DNA of 20,000 bases from Lentisphaeria bacterium. GTDB lineage: Bacteria; Verrucomicrobiota; Lentisphaeria; JABSQK01; JAWLHB01. How positions within the stretch are numbered: position 1 is the first letter of the stretch; the number at the start of each line of letters is the position of its first letter. The DNA is taken from assembly GCA_041690595.1 (NCBI GenBank), contig JAWLHB010000009.1, positions 122,538-142,537 of the forward strand, in the 5' to 3' direction. A model generated the notes under the pieces. It saw only the letters and a program-made list of their open reading frames with translations, made no database searches and was not told the DNA's origin. Shown in pieces: positions 9,045-17,653 of this stretch. A program made the translations under genes and the position numbers.

Positions 9045-10763
9045 TCACACCTCTGCTTCGACATCTTCAGCCTTGGTAATGCGTATGACTTCTGACAGGG
9101 TGGTGATGCCGGCGCCGGCCTTACGCAGACCGTCGTCGCGCAAGGTGCGCATCCCCAGCTGTTTGGCTCGATCACGAATGACGTTTGCGGGCGCGGATTC
9201 GTAGATCAACTGAATGATGGACTGCTCGACCACGAAGATCTCATACAGGCCAATGCGCCCGCGATAACCGCTGCTGCTGCATTCACCACATCCCTTGCCT
9301 TTGGAAAGGTCGGTTTCGTCAAAATACTTGGCGGGCAGATCCAGCAGGTGCAGCTCTTCAGCGGTGGCGGTGGTGGGCGCCTTGCAGGTCTTGCAGATGC
9401 GTCGGCTGAGGCGCTGTGCCATGACGGCCCGGACAGCGGAGGCGACAAGAAAGGGCTTTACCCCCATATCGATCATACGGGTGATGGCGGTGGGAGCGTC
9501 GTTGGTATGCAGCGTGCTGAAGACCATGTGACCGGTGAGGGCGGCGTTGATGGCGATACCGCCAGTCTCGATGTCACGGATTTCACCAACCATGACGATG
9601 TTGGGCGCCTGGCGGAGCATGGCACGCAGCGCACGGGCGAAAGTGAGCCCAATCTGGTTGTCACACTGGACTTGATTGATGCCCCCCAACTCATACTCGA
9701 CCGGGTCCTCGGCGGTAATGATCTTGCGGTTGGGCGTGTTGAGGGTATTCAGGAAAGCGTAGAGAGAGGTAGTCTTGCCGGAACCGGTCGGCCCCGTCAC
9801 CAGAAAGATCCCGTCGGGCATGGCGAGGATCTTTTCGATCATCTGCTGATCGTCGTTGAAAAAGCCCAGTTCGGGAATGCCAAGCTGTACGCTGCTCTTG
9901 TCGAGGATACGCATGACGATCGATTCGCCGTGCACGGTGGGGACGGAGGAGACGCGCAAGTCGATAGATTTTCCGGGCATGTTGAAGAGGATACGACCAT
10001 CCTGCGGGACGCGCTTCTCGGAGATGTCCAGCCGGGCCATGATCTTGAGGCGCTGGAGGATGTTTGGCTGCAGGTACTTCGGCGGATTGTCCATCTCGTG
10101 AAGTACGCCGTCGATGCGATAGCGGATGCGGAAGCGCTTCTCCATGGGCTCGAGGTGGATATCACTGGCGCGCTTGCGGTAGGCTTCGACAATGATGAGG
10201 GAGACCAGTCGGATGATGGGAGCATCGTCCTGACCGGTGATCTCATCCTCATCCTTTTCCTGTTCCATGGTGACGACGTCGATTTCTCCACTGGTGACGT
10301 CCACGATGAACTGCTCGACTGCGTGTTCGGCCGTTCCATAGAAACGGGCAAGGGCGCGCTCGATCTCATCTTCCTTGGCGACGACGGGCTCGATGTCTAT
10401 CTTAAGGATATAGCGGAGGGAATCGAGCGTATCGAGGTCCGTGGGATCGGCGATGGCAACGGCAAGGGTGTTCTCGTGCTTCGCCACGGGGACGACGTGG
10501 TAACGCAGGGCAATCTCATCGCTGATGGACTTGATCACCTCGTCAGGAATGCGGTAATCCTGAAGGCTGAAGGTTTCCATGCCATACTCGGATGCTATGA
10601 TGGAGAGCGCTTCATCCTCGGTGCAGTAGCCGAGTTCTTCAAGGACCTTGAAGACGGATCTACTCTCTTCTTCGCACTTGGCGCGGACTTCCTCACCCTG
10701 TTCGTCGGTGATGATTCCCATGCTTACCAGAACATCGGAAATAAATTCAGGATCGATAGGCAC
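9045..10763 (-). CDS. pilB: PilB/GspE family assembly ATPase (first copy)
   Basis: [63 protein letters not shown] and CKTC...CGEC. GTG start with SD GGGGAG. Confidence 0.92.
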   Translation of the reverse strand: MPIDPEFISDVLVSMGIITDEQGEEVRAKCEEESRSVFKVLEELGYCTEDEALSIIASEYGMETFSLQDYRIPDEVIKSISDEIALRYHVVPVAKHENTLAVAIADPTDLDTLDSLRYILKIDIEPVVAKEDEIERALARFYGTAEHAVEQFIVDVTSGEIDVVTMEQEKDEDEITGQDDAPIIRLVSLIIVEAYRKRASDIHLEPMEKRFRIRYRIDGVLHEMDNPPKYLQPNILQRLKIMARLDISEKRVPQDGRILFNMPGKSIDLRVSSVPTVHGESIVMRILDKSSVQLGIPELGFFNDDQQMIEKILAMPDGIFLVTGPTGSGKTTSLYAFLNTLNTPNRKIITAEDPVEYELGGINQVQCDNQIGLTFARALRAMLRQAPNIVMVGEIRDIETGGIAINAALTGHMVFSTLHTNDAPTAITRMIDMGVKPFLVASAVRAVMAQRLSRRICKTCKAPTTATAEELHLLDLPAKYFDETDLSKGKGCGECSSSGYRGRIGLYEIFVVEQSIIQLIYESAPANVIRDRAKQLGMRTLRDDGLRKAGAGITTLSEVIRITKAEDVEAEV

Positions 10764-10814
10764 GTATTCCGCTCCCCACGTTCTTGACCGCGTGTTTCAC
10801 CGTAAAATCAGGAT

Positions 10815-10843
10815 AAGGTAGCACACCACCCCAAGTGAAGCAA
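10815..10843 (-). promoter_or_regulatory. Putative sigma70 promoter of the pilB-pilB-pilT operon
   Basis: Minus strand TTGCTT-17 nt-TACCTT with an extended -10 TG (TGcTACCTT), about 50 nt upstream of GTG 10763. Confidence 0.55.
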
Positions 10844-10908
10844 ACCGCACTGGCCGCGAAGTCCCCAAGGGTAGAATGGTTGCTGTTTTGAGGCTGTGAT
10901 GCACAGGT

Positions 10909-11556
10909 TTACGCAGTACCAAAAAAATGTGCTTCCACCATGAGGCAAAGACAATGGTATACCGGCAGGTGCAGTTCCTGTATACGATACGTTTCAGTCT
11001 CGGGCACACGTATTGCCACATCGCACAGGGAAACCATGGCGCCCCCGTCTCGTCCTGTCAAGCCGACGGTAACGATTCCTTTGGCGGCAGCCACCCGCAG
11101 GGCATGACAGACGCTTCGTGATCTGCCGGACGTGGAAATGCCGAGCAGAACGTCCCCCTTTTGTCCGAGCCCATAGACCTGCTGGGCAAAGGCCAGGTCG
11201 CCGGCGACATCGTTGGCCATGGCGGTAGCCAACGCGGGGTGCCCGGTGAGCGCCAGGGCAGGCAGCGCCGCCTCGAGGTGGTTGGCAAGGTAGTCGCCCT
11301 CGGTGGCATCCTGGCGGCGCAGCTTGTCGGCAATGTCGGGAGGTATCGGCCGTGGCAGCAGGAAGCGCTTCAGCATTTCGCCCGCAATGTGCTCGGCATC
11401 GGCGGCACTACCGCCATTACCGCAGATCATGAGCTTCCTGTCGGCTTCGATCGCCCTCACAATAAGGTTGACGGTGTCGAGAATATCGTCGCGGCAGGGA
11501 GTGAGGACGTGGTACCGACTGATGAGATCGTCGAGAAAGTGAGTAGCTTCGGTCAT
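10909..11556 (-). CDS. gmhA: SIS-domain phosphoheptose isomerase (GmhA-like)
   Basis: ICGNGGSAADAEHIAGE, TAMAND, FAQQV, GDVLLGISTSG.S, GLTG.DGG and IQELH motifs. Small departures from the enterobacterial consensus (EH for QH, STSGRS for STSGNS). Confidence 0.78.
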   Translation of the reverse strand: MTEATHFLDDLISRYHVLTPCRDDILDTVNLIVRAIEADRKLMICGNGGSAADAEHIAGEMLKRFLLPRPIPPDIADKLRRQDATEGDYLANHLEAALPALALTGHPALATAMANDVAGDLAFAQQVYGLGQKGDVLLGISTSGRSRSVCHALRVAAAKGIVTVGLTGRDGGAMVSLCDVAIRVPETETYRIQELHLPVYHCLCLMVEAHFFGTA

Positions 11557-11771
11557 GGTATGCGCTGACTGCTCCTGAGAGAGAATACGACGTGGTGTGG
11601 TTATGGCATCTAATATTCACGGGTAAGGCCGTAAGATCAACCGGGGATTGACGTCAGCTTCAGGGAACCATGGGGGGGGCGCTGGTTTCTATAAGGTCTA
11701 GTCCGTGTCGGCAGGCAGGAGTTGCGGAACGAGTAGCTTGCATGTGTGAATCTATCGTCTTTTGGGGAAAC

Positions 11772-13505
11772 ATGAAGAAGATTTTGATCCTATTGATTGT
11801 CTTGGTGGCAGCCGGTGGGGGTATTGCCTGGTATTACCGGCAAGCGGGACCCGACCAATCCTTGAACCGACTGGCCGTGTACACGGTTTCACCTCAGAAC
11901 ATGCTCATCTCGGTCACCGAAGGTGGGACGCTGGGGGCGGTCAACGAGATCACCATCACGAGCGAACTGGAGGGCAACGCGCAGATCATCCAACTGGTCC
12001 CGGAAGGGACGATCGTGAAGAAGGGCGACCTCCTCGTGGAACTGGATTCATCGGATCTGCAGGAACGCTTGAGCCAGCAGCAGATCAACTACCAGAACGC
12101 GCTCTCCACCTTCACCCGCGCCGAAGAAGATCTGGCCATCCAGAAGAGCCAGAACGAGAGCAATATCCGGGAAGCCGAACTGGCGGTCGATTTTGCGCGC
12201 ATCGACTTGGAGAAGTACCGGGACGGCGATTGGCCGCAGGATCGCAAGAATGCTATCTCCGCCATCACCATTGCGGAAGCTGAACTGAAACGCTCCCAGG
12301 ACCGCTTGACCTGGACGAAACAGCTCGAGGGGCAGGGCTACGCGACCCGCACGGAAATGGAAGCCGACACGCTCACGGTGACGCGAAAGGAATTGGAGCT
12401 GGAGCAGGCAAGGGAGAAGCTGCGTCTGCTCGAAAAGTATGAGTACCCGCAGAAGCTGCGTAAGCTGCAGGCGGAAGAGGAGCGGAAGCTGGAAGAGATG
12501 GAACGGGTGAAGGTGCGCGCCCTTTCATCACTCAGCCAGAAAGAAGCCGATCTGGAATCGAAAAAGGCGACACTGGAATTACAGGATGCAAAGCTGCAGC
12601 GCCTGATGGCGCAGTTGGACAAGACACGTATCGTCGCCCCTCAGGGAGGGATGGTCGTTTACGCGTCGAGCACCGGCAATCGCCGCTATAACCAGGCCCA
12701 GATTGTCGAGGGAGCGACGGTACGTCAGCGGCAGGAACTGATCAAGCTGCCGGACACAAGCCAGATGCAGGTAGAAGTCAAAGTGCATGAATCGAGGATG
12801 AACCAGATCAGCCGCGGCCAGATGGCTTATGTGGTGATTGACGCGATGCCGGACCGGCGCTTTCGCGGACGCGTTTCGAAGATCGGGCTTCTACCTGACG
12901 CACAGAGCAACTGGATGAATCCCGACCTGAAGGTCTACTCGACGGAGATCATCATCGAAGAGCCGCTGCCGCCGGATGTGAAGCCGGGCCTGAGCGCGCG
13001 GGCGGAGATCATCGTGCAGAAGCTGGAGGACGTGTTGACGGTGCCAATTCAATCCGTGACTTCTGTTGGAGATGACCAGGTCTGCTACCTCGCCGGCGTG
13101 ACTCCCACTCCGGTGGTCGTGGAGATAGGCGCCTACAACAAGTCGCACATCCATATCCTGAAGGGGCTGGAGGCGGGGCAGGTGGTGATGCTGAACCCAC
13201 CAAAGACCGAAGATCCAACCAGCCTGCAGTCCGGCGTCATGAAGGAATCCGAAGTGACCCGAGAAGATGCCGAGCCGCGTGTCCCCCCCCCAGCCGAGAC
13301 CGTCGTCGCGGAGGTGACCGAGGAAAAGAGCGCGGCAGTCGATGACGTAGAGACGCGCTTCCAACAGGCGCTTGCACGCATGCCGGAAGAGCGGCGGGAG
13401 CAGGTGCGCGAAGCGTGGAAAGAGTTGAGCGCGGAAGCCCGGCTGGAGATGCTGCAGCGCATGAGCCAGCGAGCGCGTGGCGCACAGCGGGGAACCGGCG
13501 AATGA
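11772..13505 (+). CDS. Efflux periplasmic adaptor (MacA/HlyD-like membrane fusion protein)
   Basis: N-terminal anchor MKKILILLIVLVAAGGGIAWYY, lipoyl half-motifs VPEGTIVKKGDLLVELD and IVAPQGGMVVY flanking a long coiled coil, then KPGLSA and GLEAGQVV. Start placed at ATG 11772. Confidence 0.88.
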   Translation: MKKILILLIVLVAAGGGIAWYYRQAGPDQSLNRLAVYTVSPQNMLISVTEGGTLGAVNEITITSELEGNAQIIQLVPEGTIVKKGDLLVELDSSDLQERLSQQQINYQNALSTFTRAEEDLAIQKSQNESNIREAELAVDFARIDLEKYRDGDWPQDRKNAISAITIAEAELKRSQDRLTWTKQLEGQGYATRTEMEADTLTVTRKELELEQAREKLRLLEKYEYPQKLRKLQAEEERKLEEMERVKVRALSSLSQKEADLESKKATLELQDAKLQRLMAQLDKTRIVAPQGGMVVYASSTGNRRYNQAQIVEGATVRQRQELIKLPDTSQMQVEVKVHESRMNQISRGQMAYVVIDAMPDRRFRGRVSKIGLLPDAQSNWMNPDLKVYSTEIIIEEPLPPDVKPGLSARAEIIVQKLEDVLTVPIQSVTSVGDDQVCYLAGVTPTPVVVEIGAYNKSHIHILKGLEAGQVVMLNPPKTEDPTSLQSGVMKESEVTREDAEPRVPPPAETVVAEVTEEKSAAVDDVETRFQQALARMPEERREQVREAWKELSAEARLEMLQRMSQRARGAQRGTGE

Positions 13506-14206
13506 GCGGCACGCCGATTGTCTGCCTCGAAGACGTCGTCAAGACGTATGTGATCGGCGATGTGGAAGTGCATGCGCTGCAGGGCATCAGCCTGAGCATC
13601 GCGGAAGGCGACTACGTGGCGATCATGGGAACCTCCGGCTCCGGCAAATCGACGCTCCTGAATCTCCTTGGCTGCCTGGATCGGCCCACCAGTGGCCGAT
13701 ATCTGCTGGGCGGCTCAGACGTCTCCCAGATGAACGACGATCAACTCTCGGCCATTCGCAATCAGCGCATCGGTTTTGTCTTTCAATCCTACAACCTGCT
13801 GCAACAGCTGACGGTGCTTGAGAATATCGAAGTGCCGTTGATCTATCAGGACTGCCACCCCAGGAAGAGCCGCGAGCGGGCGCTGATGCTGGCCGACCGC
13901 GTGAGCTTGAACGATCGCCTGCACCATCGGCCGCGAGAGCTGTCCGGCGGGCAGCAGCAGCGCGTCGCCATCGCACGCTCCCTGGCGACGGACCCGCTGA
14001 TCATTCTCGCGGACGAGCCGACCGGTAATCTCGACAGCAAGACCGAGCAGGAGATTCTGGATCTGATCGACCAGCTGAACGACGAAGGGAAGACGATCAT
14101 CATGGTTACGCATGACGATCATGTAGCTGAACGCGCCCAGCGCGTTGTCCGCCTCAAGGACGGCGTTGTGGATGTCATTCACGAAACCACCAGCACGAGG
14201 GCGTGA
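13502..14206 (+). CDS. ABC transporter ATP-binding protein (MacB/LolD-type)
   Basis: Walker [20 protein letters not shown], signature [24 protein letters not shown] and VTHD. Start at ATG 13502, overlapping the adaptor stop (ATGA). Confidence 0.95.
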   Translation: MSGTPIVCLEDVVKTYVIGDVEVHALQGISLSIAEGDYVAIMGTSGSGKSTLLNLLGCLDRPTSGRYLLGGSDVSQMNDDQLSAIRNQRIGFVFQSYNLLQQLTVLENIEVPLIYQDCHPRKSRERALMLADRVSLNDRLHHRPRELSGGQQQRVAIARSLATDPLIILADEPTGNLDSKTEQEILDLIDQLNDEGKTIIMVTHDDHVAERAQRVVRLKDGVVDVIHETTSTRA

Positions 14207-15507
14207 AGGTGCTCATGTTCCTCTATCCGCGAAAGTACCTGCGCACGATCCAGTTGGGCATCAAGAGCCTGATGCTGCACAAGATGCGCTCGCTGCTGAC
14301 GATGCTGGGCATCATCTTTGGCGTCAGCTCGGTGATCTCGATGCTGGCGATCGGCGAAGGCGCCTCCTATGAAGCGCGCGAAGCGATCAAGCGCCTTGGC
14401 AGCACCAACATCATCATCGAAAGTGTCAAGCCGCCCGAAGACCAGGATAGCTCCAGCGAGGGCAACTCCTTTGTTCTCGAGTACGGGCTCACCTACGATG
14501 ATGTGCTGCGGGTCGGCACCACGGTGCCCGCGGTTAAAGCGGTGTTGCCGATGCGTATCATTCGCGAGGATGTTCAGTTCGCCTCGGCCAAGCGTCAGTG
14601 CCGGGTGATCGGCACCCTGCCCAATTACCTGCAGTCGCAGAGTGAAGAGATGGCCCTCGGTCGCTTCCTCACCGACAATGATCTGCGCTACCAGGACAAT
14701 GTCTGCGTCTTGTCCGGGCGATTGGCGGAGAATCTCTTCCCCTACCAGGATCCACTCAATCATGCGGTCAAGATTCGCAGCCACTATTATCGAGTGGTGG
14801 GCGTTCTGGGGCAGGTGCCACTGAGGCAGCGAGAAGGCACCGCGGCCGAGTTGGATCCGCGCTCATGGGAGCACGAAGTCATCATTCCGTTGAGCACCGC
14901 ACGCTCCCGCTTCGGGGAAAACATCATCCGCCGTACCTCCGGCAGCACCAGCGCTGAACGGGTGCAACTGCACCGGATTATCGTGCAGATGAACGGCACG
15001 GAGGTAGTCGAGGAAGCAGCCGGGGCCATCCAGACCCTGCTCAATCGATTCCACAAGAAGCGCGACTACGAGCTCACCGTGCCGTTGCGCCTGCTGCGAC
15101 AGGCGGAAGAGACCAAGCGCATCTTCAATATCGTTCTCGGCAGTATTGCCGCAATCTCCCTGCTGGTCGGCGGTATCGGCATCATGAATATCATGCTGGC
15201 GACGGTGACGGAGCGAACGCGCGAGATCGGCGTCCGCCGCGCGCTGGGAGCACGACGGCGCGATATCGTCGTGCAGTTCCTGGTCGAAACCGTGGTCCTG
15301 ACGATTGGCGGCGGTATTGCCGGCGTGGCACTCGGCGTCCTCATCCCCACAGTCGTTTCGCATCTGCGCGACATCTATACTATCGTCACCCCCTGGTCGC
15401 TGATCATCGCCTTTGGCATTTCGGCGCTGGTCGGCATCGTCTTCGGCATTTACCCGGCCCAGCGCGCGGCGAACCTGGATCCAATCGAAGCGCTGCGTCA
15501 CGAATAA
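14203..15507 (+). CDS. ABC transporter permease (MacB periplasmic core plus FtsX-like domain)
   Basis: RSLLTMLGIIFGVSSVI...IGEG, ISLLVGGIGIMNIMLATVTERTREIGVRRALGA, QFLVE and GIYPAQRAANLDPIEALRHE. Start at GTG 14203 or ATG 14215. Confidence 0.94.
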   Translation: MKVLMFLYPRKYLRTIQLGIKSLMLHKMRSLLTMLGIIFGVSSVISMLAIGEGASYEAREAIKRLGSTNIIIESVKPPEDQDSSSEGNSFVLEYGLTYDDVLRVGTTVPAVKAVLPMRIIREDVQFASAKRQCRVIGTLPNYLQSQSEEMALGRFLTDNDLRYQDNVCVLSGRLAENLFPYQDPLNHAVKIRSHYYRVVGVLGQVPLRQREGTAAELDPRSWEHEVIIPLSTARSRFGENIIRRTSGSTSAERVQLHRIIVQMNGTEVVEEAAGAIQTLLNRFHKKRDYELTVPLRLLRQAEETKRIFNIVLGSIAAISLLVGGIGIMNIMLATVTERTREIGVRRALGARRRDIVVQFLVETVVLTIGGGIAGVALGVLIPTVVSHLRDIYTIVTPWSLIIAFGISALVGIVFGIYPAQRAANLDPIEALRHE

Positions 15508-15541
15508 GCCGCTGAAGTCGAAAAATCGTTGATGAGATCGC

Positions 15542-15569
15542 TTGCAAAGGCGAGCGTCTCAGTTAGAGT
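15542..15569 (+). promoter_or_regulatory. Putative sigma70 promoter of tRNA-Leu
   Basis: TTGCAA-16 nt-TAGAGT, ending 28 nt before the tRNA. Confidence 0.6.
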
Positions 15570-15597
15570 AAGGGCCTGTAGTTTGCTTTCAGTATGT

Positions 15598-15687
15598 GGC
15601 AGAGTGGCGGAATTGGCAGACGCGCTAGGTTCAGGTCCTAGTTCTCCTTACCCGAGAGTGGGGGTTCGAGTCCCCCCTCTGTCACCA
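15598..15687 (+). tRNA. tRNA-Leu (anticodon CAG)
   Basis: Acceptor GGCAGAG/CTCTGTC plus A-CCA; D arm GGCGGAATTGGCAGACGC; anticodon stem CTAGG/CCTAG with loop TT-CAG-GT; long variable arm TCTC..GAGA; T arm GGGGG-TTCGAGT-CCCCC. Confidence 0.97.
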
Positions 15688-15691
15688 TTTT

Positions 15692-15738
15692 AAGAGCCTT
15701 GAATCGCGCTATCCGCGGTTCAAGGCTTTTTTTCTTTT
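15692..15738 (+). terminator. Rho-independent terminator after tRNA-Leu
   Basis: Stem AGCCTTGAATCGCG / CGCGGTTCAAGGCT (one G-U pair), loop CTATC, then TTTTTTcTTTT. Confidence 0.9.
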
Positions 15739-15801
15739 GGGAATCGTGTGTGCGCCGGGCGAAGGAGGGACGTCACCCTGCGTCGCTTTGGCGATATGGG
15801 A

Positions 15802-15830
15802 TTGCCAAACGGGTGATTTGGGGGTATAGG
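15802..15830 (+). promoter_or_regulatory. Putative sigma70 promoter of the radical SAM gene
   Basis: TTGCCA-17 nt-TATAGG; the -35 box lies inside a 9-bp inverted repeat. Confidence 0.45.
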
Positions 15831-15937
15831 GAAATGTGGCTTATCGTGATACAAGCAGCGTTTTCGGGGAGGCTGCCTTGCGGCTCGCGAGAGCAGGACT
15901 TGTCGTTGAGGAACTACCAGTTGATCCGGAGTTACAG

Positions 15938-17653
15938 ATGCCCGAAAGATTGCCGCACGCAGACCGCCCCCCGCGGATATTATTGTCCAGTGTCGTCGGT
16001 CCCTTCGGGGTGGACGACGCGTTCGGCCGCAAAGAGAACATCATGGAGCTGCTGCACAACCAGGTAACGCGCGGTCAGGGTATCGCCTCCTGGCGCTTTC
16101 ACCATCGCTCCTTCGGCCTGTACCTGATGGCGGCCAATCTCGATGCGGATGTGACCATTCTTGACTTCCCCTCGATGAAGCGCTTCGTGCGGGAGGTGCG
16201 CAAAGGCTACGACGTGATCGGGATATCCTTCATTACGCCGAACTTCCTGAAGGCGCAGGAGATGGCGCGGGTCGTGCGCCGGGAAGCGCCGGGGTCGGTG
16301 CTGGTCTTCGGGGGACATGGCGCGGCTATCGAAGGCGTGAAGGAGCTGATCGAGTGCGATCACATGGTGCGCGGTGATGGAATCCGCTGGTTTCGGGAGT
16401 TTCTGGGGCAGGATCCGCTCGCGCCGATCGCCCACCCGGCCATGCCAAGCATGGAGCGGATGTCCGCCTATGGGGTTCCCTTCCCGCGCAAGGGGGCGAA
16501 CCTGCTGATCACCGGCGTCGGCTGCGTGAATGGTTGCCGATTCTGCTCGACCTCGCACTATTTCGGGCGGGAGTATACGCCTTTTGTGGGCAGCGGCGAA
16601 GAGCTGTACGAGCTGGCTTGCAGCATCGCCGATCGTACCGGCGTGAACGAGTTCTTCATCATGGACGAGAACTTCCTGAAGACGCGTGAGCGCGCGGAAG
16701 GACTGCTGGCAGCCATGGATCGGAATCGGCGCTACTTTACCTTCCAGATCTTCTCGTCGGCGGAAGCCGTGATGGCCTTCGGAGTCGACAATCTGGTGCG
16801 GCTGGGGGTGGATTTTCTGTGGATCGGAGTGGAGGCGTCGACATCGCAGGGGAACTTTGACAAGAACATCGGGGTGGATGCAAAGGCGCTGATCCACGAG
16901 CTGCGGGAGCGCGGCGTACGGGTGTTGGCATCGGGAATCCTCTGCCAGGAGCATCATACGCAGGCAAACATCCAGGAGGACATCGATTTCATGATCGATC
17001 TGGAGGCGGATCTGGTGCAGTTCATGCTGTTGACCTCCCTGCCGACTACGGCGCTCTATCGCAGCCACAAGGAACGCGGGCTCCTGCGCGAGGAGCTGCC
17101 GTACGAAGAGTGGCATGGGCAGAAGTACCTCAATTACCGCCATGCGGAATTTCCCGGCGATGAGCCGGAGCGCTGGCTGAAGTCCGCTTTCCGCCAGGAG
17201 TATGAGATGAACTCCAGCTCGATGTATCGCGTCATCGCGACGGCCTTCCGCGGCTGGAAACGCCTTTCCGCGATGACGGATCGCGATGCATGCCTGGATC
17301 AGCGCATGGAGGTGCTGCGGGCGAGCATCCTCGAGTACCGGGCGATTCTGCCCGTCATTGTCAGATACGCGGTCAACGAGACGGAACGCCGACGGGCGCG
17401 GGAACTCGATCTCGAGCTGTCCGCGGCCCTCGGACCACCCAGGCTGCTGGAGAAGATGACCCGCGCGTTGATTCCCCTGCTCGCGGCATGGTGGACTCTG
17501 CGCATTCGACTCTACGGAGATGTGATGCAGCCGAAGACCATCCTCTCGCACTTTCCTGCTCAGAACAACGATCTGGCAACAGTACCGAATCCGGCCGCAT
17601 GCCCGTTGACGAAGGCGCGTCCGGTCGGCGCACAGAGCCCTACTCGCCGCTGA
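15938..17653 (+). CDS. Cobalamin-binding radical SAM protein (class B methyltransferase/BchE-like architecture), substrate unknown
   Basis: B12-binding segment (YDVIGISF...VLVFGGHGA), CxxxCxxC as CVNGCRFC, FFIMDENF, LWIGVE and LPTTALY. ATG 15938 has SD GGAG at 6 nt; the ORF is open upstream to GTG 15836. Confidence 0.85.
   Translation: MPERLPHADRPPRILLSSVVGPFGVDDAFGRKENIMELLHNQVTRGQGIASWRFHHRSFGLYLMAANLDADVTILDFPSMKRFVREVRKGYDVIGISFITPNFLKAQEMARVVRREAPGSVLVFGGHGAAIEGVKELIECDHMVRGDGIRWFREFLGQDPLAPIAHPAMPSMERMSAYGVPFPRKGANLLITGVGCVNGCRFCSTSHYFGREYTPFVGSGEELYELACSIADRTGVNEFFIMDENFLKTRERAEGLLAAMDRNRRYFTFQIFSSAEAVMAFGVDNLVRLGVDFLWIGVEASTSQGNFDKNIGVDAKALIHELRERGVRVLASGILCQEHHTQANIQEDIDFMIDLEADLVQFMLLTSLPTTALYRSHKERGLLREELPYEEWHGQKYLNYRHAEFPGDEPERWLKSAFRQEYEMNSSSMYRVIATAFRGWKRLSAMTDRDACLDQRMEVLRASILEYRAILPVIVRYAVNETERRRARELDLELSAALGPPRLLEKMTRALIPLLAAWWTLRIRLYGDVMQPKTILSHFPAQNNDLATVPNPAACPLTKARPVGAQSPTRR

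Noticed and set aside
8163..10787. Plus-strand ORFs 8163..9095 and 9348..10787
   Set aside because: Antisense shadows of the two pilB genes.
10784..10808. Plus-strand TTGACC...TAAAAT promoter-like pair
   Set aside because: The spacer is only 13 nt and it points antisense into gmhA.
15789..15806. Sigma54-like TGGC...TTGC
   Set aside because: GG-to-GC spacing is 12 nt rather than the required 10.
15811..15937. Possible cobalamin riboswitch before the B12-binding enzyme (ATAGGGAA ... GAGCAGGACTTGTC)
   Set aside because: Lacks the GGTGnAAnTCC T-loop, CCCGCAACTG and GCCACTG core elements. A cmscan with RF00174 would settle it.
15598..17653. tRNA-Leu as an integration site for a genomic island
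   Set aside because: No integrase, no duplicated tRNA 3' end seen in the window, the native terminator is intact, and no obvious compositional shift by eye.
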